DNA of 5,998 nucleotides from contig BBVC01000069.1 in the NCBI GenBank assembly GCA_001192655.1, positions 1-5,998 on the forward strand. The letters run 5' to 3'. Origin of the DNA: Caedimonas varicaedens. Lineage in GTDB: Bacteria; Pseudomonadota; Alphaproteobacteria; Caedimonadales; Caedimonadaceae. Within the stretch, counting starts at the first letter, position 1. The number at the start of each line of letters is the position of its first letter. The notes below the pieces were generated by a model. It did not search any database. It was not told the DNA's origin and worked only from the letters and a program-made list of their open reading frames with translations. Shown here piece by piece: positions 1 through 5,748 of the stretch. The translations under genes were made by a program, and so were the position numbers.

Positions 1-121
1 TATGTTGTTAGCTATATCTTAAATTATCGCTGATGATTTCAGAATGGTAATCTCTTATTTCTTCGGCATCTTTTTTCTTCATTAGAACTCTCCTTATAAA
101 TTTTCACTTATCCTCTTCGTC

Positions 122-481
122 TTAATACAAAAGCTGCTTTTGACAGGGAAAATAGGACGCTAATGCTTTATTTGCCACCACATAAGCAGGCAGGTGGAGC
201 TCATCCACATGATCGGCTGCATATTTTTGAAAGAGTTTAATGGTTTGGGAAACTGTTACCTCATTAGGCAGGCAAAACGCGGGGGGCAATTTTAAGTATT
301 GAAAGAGTTCTTGATGGTCAAGGACTCCCTGAAAATAACCGGCGCACCTCCCATCTGTTAAAGAACAAGATGACAACAGACCAAACCCCGTCAAACTATG
401 CACGGCCATAGCACAAGAAGAGGACATAATATTCACATATATACAAAAGAGAGCCGCAAATATTGTCTTCATATCCATCAT
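122..481 (-). CDS. Small secreted protein, Rap1a/Tai-family-like (periplasmic T6SS-type immunity protein fold)
   Basis: 119-aa ORF with stop TAA at 122-124. The N-terminus looks like a signal peptide: a hydrophobic stretch IFAALFCIYVNIM followed by an AXA-type site, CAMA|VH. The mature part matches my recollection of the Rap1a/Tai immunity family pattern (C..G.C.GY..GV.D ... FC.P..VT..Q....... Y...H...LH.PA..V...AL...FPC). The matching sequence is SCSLTDGRCAGYFQGVLD ... FCLPNEVTVSQTIKLFQKYAADHVDELHLPAYVVANKALASYFPC. Three ATG codons lie within the first four codons (MMDM), so the exact start is uncertain. There is no strong SD. The family call is from memory, not from a search. Confidence 0.6.
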   Translation of the reverse strand: MMDMKTIFAALFCIYVNIMSSSCAMAVHSLTGFGLLSSCSLTDGRCAGYFQGVLDHQELFQYLKLPPAFCLPNEVTVSQTIKLFQKYAADHVDELHLPAYVVANKALASYFPCQKQLLY

Positions 482-535
482 TAATTAATGTAATTCCATA
501 ATTAATTATGTCATATAGACATTAAAAAGAAGCTT

Positions 536-566
536 TTATAAGGTTAATATTAACTTAACCTTATAA
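536..566. repeat. Perfect 12-bp inverted repeat TTATAAGGTTAA (536-547) / TTAACCTTATAA (555-566) with a 7-nt spacer; nested 12-bp palindrome GTTAATATTAAC (543-554)
   Basis: Read directly from the sequence. It lies 55-85 nt upstream of the 122-481 minus-strand CDS and about 36 nt downstream of the Fic-remnant stop on the same strand. On the minus strand it is followed by AAAAGCTTCTTTTT. It could be an operator or a weak AT-rich terminator; the role is unknown. Confidence 0.5.
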
Positions 567-601
567 TGATCGACTTTGATATTTGAAATTCTCTCAATGG
601 T

Positions 602-862
602 TCAACTTCTCACAAAGTTTAAAAGTTCCCCATAGTCATATTGATCCGCTTGTTGCAGGGCATTTATATATCGTTTCCTCGTTTCAGATGCATTCATCAA
701 GTTTTCTCTTCCCCAACTGAATTTTGGCTGTCCCCCTTGACGCAAAAACGTATCTGTCATCAAACGAGACGAATTCCGAAGTCCAACCGGACCCCAGATT
801 TTGAAAGGCGAAAGGTATCCAGATGTCTGGTGCGTATATCTAAATATTATTCTTAAATCATC
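602..862 (-). pseudogene. 5'-truncated, degenerate remnant of a Fic/DOC-family gene (resembles the C-terminus of 'mobile mystery protein B'-type Fic proteins)
   Basis: A minus-strand frame is open for 86 codons between TAG (863-865) and TGA (602-604). It reads DDLRIIFRYTHQTSGYLSPFKIWGPVGLRNSSRLMTDTFLRQGGQPKFSWGRENLMNASETRKRYINALQQADQYDYGELLNFVRS*. The C-terminal 50 or so residues resemble the Fic pattern as I remember it: ...HPFxxGNGRxxRLmaDlll...G.P.FsWG......e.R..YI.AL..AD..DY.pLl.Fvrs. The catalytic HPFx[D/E]GNGRxxR motif is disrupted here (SPFKIWGPVGLRNSSRL), and part of it appears in another frame (IWIPF). No N-terminal roughly 100 aa exist upstream. The only in-frame Met gives 52 aa, which is why the frame is absent from the ORF track. 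Confidence 0.45.
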
Positions 863-915
863 CTAAAATTTAGTAAATTTTAATTTTATTCGTTCATTCT
901 ATAGAGAGGTACACC

Positions 916-1034
916 TATACCCAAAAGATTTCAAAAAGCTGGGTAGGCGGACGAGGGGTGAGTCCCACGCAGCGTACGTGAAATACGTGAGCAGGAAGAA
1001 TCTCGAAGGACAACGACCCCGGATTTTGGGTATA
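916..1034. mobile_element. MITE-like element: 9-11 bp terminal inverted repeats (TA)TACCCAAAA ... TTTTGGGTA(TA) around a 97-nt GC-rich core
   Basis: TATACCCAAAA (916-926) is the exact reverse complement of TTTTGGGTATA (1024-1034). The interior 927-1023 has 54 G/C of 97 bases by my count, and the flanks are very AT-rich. If the repeat is read as 9 bp, each end is flanked by TA, which is the target duplication typical of IS630/Tc1-mariner elements. There is no coding capacity. The copy number in the genome is unknown, so the mobile-element call is inference. Confidence 0.35.
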
Positions 1035-1053
1035 TATTTTAAGGACTTCTCTC

Positions 1054-3228
1054 TTGAGTGATTCAACCTGGAACAATTTCGAACATCACTTCACGGGAAA
1101 ACGCAAGATTCGTTTCGCCATCCTGAGCGTTTTCCTTGGACTTTCCATTTCTGCCACACTCATTACATCTGTTTATACCTATTTTCAGATGGAAAACGTC
1201 ATGAAAATCACTTCTCGTGATTTGATTGATAAGACACAACGGGTGATCATTAATGATGCCATAAATTACTTGAGCCCCGCACGCTTTATTCCGATGATCT
1301 CATCCGGATTGATGCAACGGGAAACAGAGGATATTTTACACAGCCATGAATTGGAAGATTTCTTGATGGAATCTCTTGAAGAGTTTCCTCAAATAGATGC
1401 CTTTTATAATGGCGATGAAAAAGGAAATGCCCTGATTGTCGGGCGCATTGGTCTAAAACGCACTTATGCTTTTGCAGAAGATACTCCCTTGCCTTCTGAC
1501 GCTTTATTCTTTGTGCGTAAAATTGACCGTTTAAGCACGCCAAACCAGGAAATGCGCTATTATTATAACATGCAGGGCAATAAGGTCGGAGAAGAGAAAA
1601 ATCCTTCAGACCACTTGAACTTCGATCCCCGCACTCGACCCTGGTATAAGGGCGCCAAAAAACTGGGAGGTCGATATGTCACGGACGTTTATCTTTATGA
1701 AACAAGAGATTTGGGACTTACATTTTCTGTTCCTGTCCTTAATCAGAATAAAGAAGTCCTTAAGGTGATGAGCGCCGACATTACTGTTAACCAAATTTCA
1801 GATCTTCTGCTTCATCAAAAAGCCAGCAGATCAGGCATTAACTTTATTGTTACCCCTGAAGGAACATTGGCAGGCTATCCAGATGCCTCAAAGATTGTTC
1901 TGATGATCAATAAGCAACCTCAAATTGCACGATTGAATCAGATTGGTGAACCCAGCCTCGTAACAGCCTTTAATCTTTATCAAAAAAATCATGAGCCTCA
2001 CTTGTTTTTTACCTTTGAAGGTATTGATTATATTGCTCATTTTACTTCATTCCCTGCGTCGTCAGGCAAAGACTGGATTCTGGGCATGGTTGTTCCGGCT
2101 GATGATTTTATTGGCCCTATTAAACAAACTAGTCGTGAAGTGCTTATGATTTCTCTCATCATTTTAGGTATCGCTTCCATGATGTTGGTTATCTTCTCTC
2201 ATAAAATTTCTTATCCTATTGAGCGCCTTGCGGGACAAATGTTGAAGATTCGCACCCTGGAAATCGAGGAAGAGCCTGCTATTGAATCAAGCCTGCAAGA
2301 ACTTTCGCAAATGGAAGAAGCCTTGCGCGCCATGAAAGAAGGATTGAATTCTTTTTCAAAGTTCGTTCCTAAAACTCTTGTGCAACGCCTGATCCAATCA
2401 GGACAAGAAGCCAGACTAGGCGGAGAACGCAAGCGTTTAACCTTCCTCTTCTCAGATATTGAGAGTTTTACTTCTATTTCAGAAAAACTGCCTTCAGACG
2501 AGCTGATCAAGCATTTATCCGAATACTTGAGTGAGTTAAGCACGATTATTCTTCGCCATCACGGGACGATTGATAAATACATTGGAGATAGCATCATGGC
2601 ATTCTGGGGTGCGCCAGAGCGCGATGAGCAACAAGTATTTCATGCTTGTCAAGCAGTATGGCTGTGCAGTCAACGTCTTAAAGAGATTAACATGGAGTGG
2701 ATGAAACAGGGGAAACCAGCCTTAGTGACGCGTTTTGGGCTTCATCAAGGAGAAGCTGTTGTCGGCAACGTAGGATCCGCAGACCGCCTGAATTATACTG
2801 TCATTGGAGACAATGTAAACCTGGGTTCTCGTTTAGAGGGTATTAACAAGATTTACGGCACTCATATCCTTGTCAGCGAAACTGTCTATGAGAAAGTAAA
2901 GGATAAATTTTTATTCCGTATCGTTGACGTTGTTGCTGTCAAGGGGAAACAAAAGGGGATTCATATCTATCAAATGATCGGAAAATACCACGATAATGTG
3001 GCTGAAAGTGTAACCCCCCAGGATATTTCCGTTGCCATGAAGACCCGCGTTGCTTTTGAAGCATACCTAAAACAAAAATGGGGTGATGCGGAACGATTTT
3101 ATCACGAACTTCTCGCGGAAAATCCAGAAGATAAAATCGCGGCTCTTTATTTAACAAGAATAGAGGAGTTTAAGAAAAATCCTCCTGATCCTTCCTGGGA
3201 TGGCGTTACACATCTGACAACAAAATAA
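1054..3228 (+). CDS. Membrane-bound sensor adenylate cyclase (TM, Cache-like extracytoplasmic domain, TM, HAMP, class IIIb cyclase, TPR-like C-terminal tail)
   Basis: 724-aa ORF starting at TTG 1054, with AAGGA (1041-1045) 8 nt upstream. The first in-frame ATG is codon 46 and would remove the predicted TM helix 1 (aa ~21-44), so TTG is preferred. Residues ~45-360 form an extracytoplasmic region with a Cache-type signature, DPRTRPWYKGA (R195-Y198). TM helix 2 is at aa ~363-382 and a HAMP-like linker at aa ~385-440. The class III cyclase domain spans aa ~460-645. It has the metal-binding Asp residues D468 (FSDIESFT) and D512 (IGDSIMAFWGAP), and the substrate pair K508 / T582 (NYTVIGD), which is adenine-specifying and class IIIb-like. 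The transition-state residues N589 and R593 (VNLGSRLE) are also present. The C-terminal ~70 aa look like a TPR-like repeat ending PPDPSWDGVTHL, a tail common on such cyclases. Stop TAA at 3226-3228. Confidence 0.92.
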   Translation: MSDSTWNNFEHHFTGKRKIRFAILSVFLGLSISATLITSVYTYFQMENVMKITSRDLIDKTQRVIINDAINYLSPARFIPMISSGLMQRETEDILHSHELEDFLMESLEEFPQIDAFYNGDEKGNALIVGRIGLKRTYAFAEDTPLPSDALFFVRKIDRLSTPNQEMRYYYNMQGNKVGEEKNPSDHLNFDPRTRPWYKGAKKLGGRYVTDVYLYETRDLGLTFSVPVLNQNKEVLKVMSADITVNQISDLLLHQKASRSGINFIVTPEGTLAGYPDASKIVLMINKQPQIARLNQIGEPSLVTAFNLYQKNHEPHLFFTFEGIDYIAHFTSFPASSGKDWILGMVVPADDFIGPIKQTSREVLMISLIILGIASMMLVIFSHKISYPIERLAGQMLKIRTLEIEEEPAIESSLQELSQMEEALRAMKEGLNSFSKFVPKTLVQRLIQSGQEARLGGERKRLTFLFSDIESFTSISEKLPSDELIKHLSEYLSELSTIILRHHGTIDKYIGDSIMAFWGAPERDEQQVFHACQAVWLCSQRLKEINMEWMKQGKPALVTRFGLHQGEAVVGNVGSADRLNYTVIGDNVNLGSRLEGINKIYGTHILVSETVYEKVKDKFLFRIVDVVAVKGKQKGIHIYQMIGKYHDNVAESVTPQDISVAMKTRVAFEAYLKQKWGDAERFYHELLAENPEDKIAALYLTRIEEFKKNPPDPSWDGVTHLTTK

Positions 3229-3256
3229 AATACGCTTCTCAAGAAAAAGATATATA

Positions 3257-3622
3257 TTATAGAGGTGTAACCATGGCCCCCAGAGGGCGACCCGCAAGAA
3301 TGTGAAGATGAAAGTGAGGTACTTCTTGTCCCCCAAAAAGACCACAATTTGCCAGGATACGATAGCCGTCCTTTTGAAGTCCGAGTTGGTCAATAACATG
3401 AGTCACTCCCCGAGAAAAACGTAAAAGTTCTTCTGCTCCTGCATTATTGTAAAAGTCATGAAGAGTCGCATATTTTCCCTTTGGAATCACAAGAATATGA
3501 ATGGGTGCTTTTGGCGTAATATCGTGAAATGCTAGTATATCATCATCTTCGTAAACCTTTTGGGCAGGAATCTCACCACGCAAAATACGGGCAAAAATGT
3601 TGGACTCATCATAGGGCTGCAT
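3257..3622 (-). CDS. HIT-family (HinT-like) nucleotide hydrolase / purine nucleoside phosphoramidase
   Basis: 121-aa ORF with AAGGA about 6 nt upstream of the ATG. It has the histidine triad H103-F-H105-L-H107-IL (GGQEVPHFHLHILAGRPLG) and a typical N-terminus, IFARILRGEIPAQKVYEDDDILAFHDITPKAPIHILVIPK. Stop TAA at 3257-3259. It is convergent with the cyclase, with a 28-bp gap. Confidence 0.93.
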   Translation of the reverse strand: MQPYDESNIFARILRGEIPAQKVYEDDDILAFHDITPKAPIHILVIPKGKYATLHDFYNNAGAEELLRFSRGVTHVIDQLGLQKDGYRILANCGLFGGQEVPHFHLHILAGRPLGAMVTPL

Positions 3623-3643
3623 TATTTTTCCTTTCGAAAATTC

Positions 3644-3672
3644 ATGACAAAAAAAGAAAACAAGGTTATCTT
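3644..3672 (+). promoter_or_regulatory. Candidate sigma70-like promoter for hslVU (-35 ATGACA 3644-3649, 17-nt spacer, -10 TATCTT 3667-3672)
   Basis: Hexamers and spacing were read from the sequence in the 91-bp divergent intergenic region. The implied leader is about 35 nt, with a purine-rich AGAGAGAGAG ending 7 nt before ATG 3714. This rests on motif matching only. Confidence 0.25.
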
Positions 3673-3697
3673 GTGGACTTCAGTTCTGTAATGTCAA
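3668..3697 (-). promoter_or_regulatory. Candidate promoter for the HIT gene (-35 TTGACA, plus-strand 3692-3697; 18-nt spacer; weak -10 CAAGAT, plus-strand 3668-3673)
   Basis: There is a perfect -35 consensus on the minus strand. The -10 is poor, retaining only the conserved A2 and T6. It overlaps the candidate hslV -10 on the opposite strand. This rests on motif matching only. Confidence 0.2.
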
Positions 3698-3713
3698 GAG
3701 AGAGAGTTGTAAG

Positions 3714-4268
3714 ATGACCGAAAATTCTACAGCAACGTGGCACGGTACCACCATCCTGTGCGTTCGCAAAGGAGCTGATGTCGTGATTGCCGGAGATGGG
3801 CAAGCAACAATGGGTGCCATAAAAATAAAATCCAACACGAGAAAGGTCAGACGCCTGGGGAATGGAAATATCATTGCTGGTTTTGCAGGTGCTACAGCGG
3901 ATGCTTTTACGCTCTTCGAACGTTTGGAAGCCAAACTTGAACAATACCCCACCCAACTTATACGGGCGTGCGTTGAACTGACCAAAGACTGGAGAACCGA
4001 TAAATATTTGAGACGACTGGAAGCCATGATTGCGGTAGCAGATGCATCCACTTCGCTTGTCCTGACAGGTGCAGGAGATGTTCTTGAGCCTGAAGATGGC
4101 ATTATTGGCATAGGTTCTGGGGGAACCTATGCTTTAGCAGCCGCTCGCGCCCTTATACAAATTGAGGGGTTAAAAGTAGAAGAAATTGTGCAAAAATCCA
4201 TGATGATTGCTGCGGATATTTGCGTTTATACCAATAAGAATATTGTGATGGAGACTCTTAAACCATGA
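3714..4268 (+). CDS. hslV: ATP-dependent protease subunit HslV (ClpQ), proteasome-like Thr peptidase
   Basis: 184 aa with near-complete motif agreement with HslV: [92 protein letters not shown]. An 11-residue N-terminal extension, [11 protein letters not shown], precedes the predicted nucleophile Thr12. The TGA stop (4266-4268) overlaps the hslU ATG. Confidence 0.97.
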   Translation: MTENSTATWHGTTILCVRKGADVVIAGDGQATMGAIKIKSNTRKVRRLGNGNIIAGFAGATADAFTLFERLEAKLEQYPTQLIRACVELTKDWRTDKYLRRLEAMIAVADASTSLVLTGAGDVLEPEDGIIGIGSGGTYALAAARALIQIEGLKVEEIVQKSMMIAADICVYTNKNIVMETLKP

Positions 4269-5578
4269 TCAAATCCTTTACTCCGCGAGAAATTGTTTCA
4301 GAACTGGATCGCTTTATTGTAGGACAACAAAAAGCAAAACGAGCCGTTGCAATCGCCTTGCGGAATCGCTGGCGTCGTCTCCAGGTTCCCGAACATCTGC
4401 GGGATGAAATTTTACCCAAAAATATTTTGATGATCGGCCCCACAGGAGTGGGAAAAACAGAAATTGCCCGTCGACTGGCCAAATTGGCAGACGCTCCTTT
4501 TCTTAAGGTAGAAGCCACCAAATTTACGGAAGTGGGATATGTTGGACGCGATGTCGAGCAAATTATTCGGGATTTAGCAGAAATCGCCATCAGCGCTCAA
4601 AAAGAACGCCATCGCAAAGAGGTCGGGGCAAAAGCTGAATTGAATGCCCAGGAACGAATTCTGAAGGTGCTTGTAGGCGAAAATGCGAGTGAAGAAACGA
4701 AAGAGAAATTTCGTCATATGCTTCAAAATGGCAAACTTGATGATCGGGAAATTGACATTGAAGTCAATGATGCAGCCTCTCTGCAAATGCCCACGATCGA
4801 TGTTCCCGGAATGCCCGGCGCCCAAATGGGAATGTTAAGCCTGGGAGATATTTTTGGAAAGTCTCTGGGAAACCGCACAAAAATTCGAAAAATGCTTGTT
4901 CCTGAAGCGTTCAAACTTCTGATGGAAGAAGAAAGCGATAAACTGATTGATCAGGAACGCACAATAAAGGAAGCCATTGAATCCCTTGAACAAAACGGGA
5001 TCGTTTTTATCGATGAATTCGATAAAATTTCCGCTCGAAGCGAACGGACAGGTGCTGATGTCAGCCGTGAAGGCGTGCAGCGTGATTTGTTGCCTCTTAT
5101 TGAAGGAACGACTGTGGCAACTAAACATGGCCCTGTCAAAACAGATCACATTTTATTCATTGCCTCGGGCGCTTTTCATTTGGCGAAACCTTCTGATCTG
5201 CTTCCTGAACTTCAGGGAAGGCTTCCTATCCGCGTTGAACTAGACGCTCTGACGAAAGAAGATTTCGTGCGTATTTTAACTGAACCTGAAGCCAATTTGA
5301 TTAAACAATATCAAGCGTTGATTGAAACTGAAGAAGTCAAACTTGCATTTACAGACGACGCTATTTCCGAATTGGCTTCTCTCAGCGCCGAAATTAATCA
5401 GAATGTCGAGAATATTGGCGCGCGGCGATTGCATACTGTTATAGAAAAATTGCTGGAAGAAATCAGCTTTAATGCAAGCGATCGTCCAGGAGATGCCATC
5501 ACAATTGATGCTCAAGATGTACGAAACACTGTGGGAGAACTTGCTAAAAACACTGATCTATCAAGATTTATTCTTTAA
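4265..5578 (+). CDS. hslU: ATP-dependent protease ATPase subunit HslU (ClpY), AAA+ unfoldase
   Basis: 437 aa. N-terminus is [33 protein letters not shown]. Walker A is GPTGVGKT (aa 58-65) and Walker B is [10 protein letters not shown] (D250 E251). An inserted I-domain spans roughly aa 110-240. Other matches are [35 protein letters not shown] and [10 protein letters not shown], with the C-terminus DLSRFIL. GGAGA (4250-4254) lies 10 nt upstream. The ATGA overlap with hslV implies translational coupling. Confidence 0.98.
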   Translation: MIKSFTPREIVSELDRFIVGQQKAKRAVAIALRNRWRRLQVPEHLRDEILPKNILMIGPTGVGKTEIARRLAKLADAPFLKVEATKFTEVGYVGRDVEQIIRDLAEIAISAQKERHRKEVGAKAELNAQERILKVLVGENASEETKEKFRHMLQNGKLDDREIDIEVNDAASLQMPTIDVPGMPGAQMGMLSLGDIFGKSLGNRTKIRKMLVPEAFKLLMEEESDKLIDQERTIKEAIESLEQNGIVFIDEFDKISARSERTGADVSREGVQRDLLPLIEGTTVATKHGPVKTDHILFIASGAFHLAKPSDLLPELQGRLPIRVELDALTKEDFVRILTEPEANLIKQYQALIETEEVKLAFTDDAISELASLSAEINQNVENIGARRLHTVIEKLLEEISFNASDRPGDAITIDAQDVRNTVGELAKNTDLSRFIL

Positions 5579-5582
5579 GTAT

Positions 5583-5613
5583 TTGTGTCATAAAAATTAT
5601 TTTTCATACACAA
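5583..5613 (+). terminator. Weak AT-rich imperfect hairpin downstream of hslU (TTGTGT-cat-AAAAAT-t-ATTTTT-cat-ACACAA)
   Basis: The inverted repeat starts 5 nt after the hslU stop. The stem is almost entirely A/T, has a 3x3 internal mismatch, and is followed only by a short TATTT. It is a poor match to a canonical intrinsic terminator. Confidence 0.2.
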
Positions 5614-5748
5614 TATTTGCCAGATAGAGTATGCGCAAAAATTTAAAGAAAAGTTAATGTTGGTTTCAGATTTTCTCTGCGATATGTTATAGTCATTTCA
5701 ATTATTAACCCATTGATATAGCTTGATATTTCTGTTAGAAAATATTTT

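Noticed and set aside
641-856. 71-aa plus-strand ORF from the track (TTG start)
   Set aside because: It lies exactly antisense to the frame with Fic-family C-terminal similarity. It has no SD and no recognisable motif, and its basic Arg/Ser-rich composition is typical of antisense translation.
865-881. 17-bp palindrome AAAATTTA-g-TAAATTTT
   Set aside because: It is pure A/T low-complexity sequence in an AT-rich spacer, so it is likely to arise by chance. There is no associated gene start.
927-1023. GC-rich core as a riboswitch, tRNA/tmRNA fragment or other known structured RNA controlling the cyclase
   Set aside because: I could not match it to any consensus I remember (c-di-GMP-I/II, ZTP, SAM-II, fluoride, guanidine, or tRNA T-loop GGTTCGAATCC). 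Internal pairing is limited to short 4-5 bp stems. An Rfam scan is needed to exclude this fully.
1007-1036. Possible cyclase promoter AGGACA-18-TATATA spanning the right end of the repeat element
   Set aside because: The predicted start (~1043-1044) would fall within the AAGGA ribosome-binding site of the TTG start. That makes it incompatible with the preferred gene model, and the hexamer match is weak.
1286-3157. Minus-strand ORFs 1286-1543, 1606-1794, 2211-2543 and 2939-3157 inside the cyclase gene
   Set aside because: They are all nested antisense within a confidently assigned 724-aa CDS and have no motifs. They look like shadow ORFs.
3147-3399. Minus-strand ORFs 3147-3347 and 3151-3399
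   Set aside because: They overlap the cyclase 3' end and the HIT gene in the wrong frames. The HIT frame (3257-3622) carries the histidine-triad motif, and these do not.
1054-3622. Cyclase plus HIT hydrolase as a cyclic-nucleotide anti-phage module (Pycsar/CBASS-like)
   Set aside because: The cyclase has a classical environmental-sensor architecture (Cache-HAMP) with ATP-specifying residues. No adjacent effector with a cNMP-binding, TIR or pore-forming domain is present. The HIT gene is convergent rather than co-operonic and looks like housekeeping HinT.
3529-5515. Remaining track ORFs antisense to, or out of frame with, the HIT gene, hslV and hslU (3529-3717+, 3666-3956-, 3680-4111-, 4258-4590-, 4574-4825-, 4723-4914-, 4835-5149-, 4951-5139-, 4977-5243+, 5276-5515-)
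   Set aside because: They are fully contained in strongly supported conserved genes and contain no recognisable domains.
5713-5741. TTGATA-17-TAGAAA promoter-like hexamers upstream of the IS630 remnant
   Set aside because: This is a weak match in AT-rich DNA. It would give an almost leaderless transcript of a gene that is already a pseudogene.
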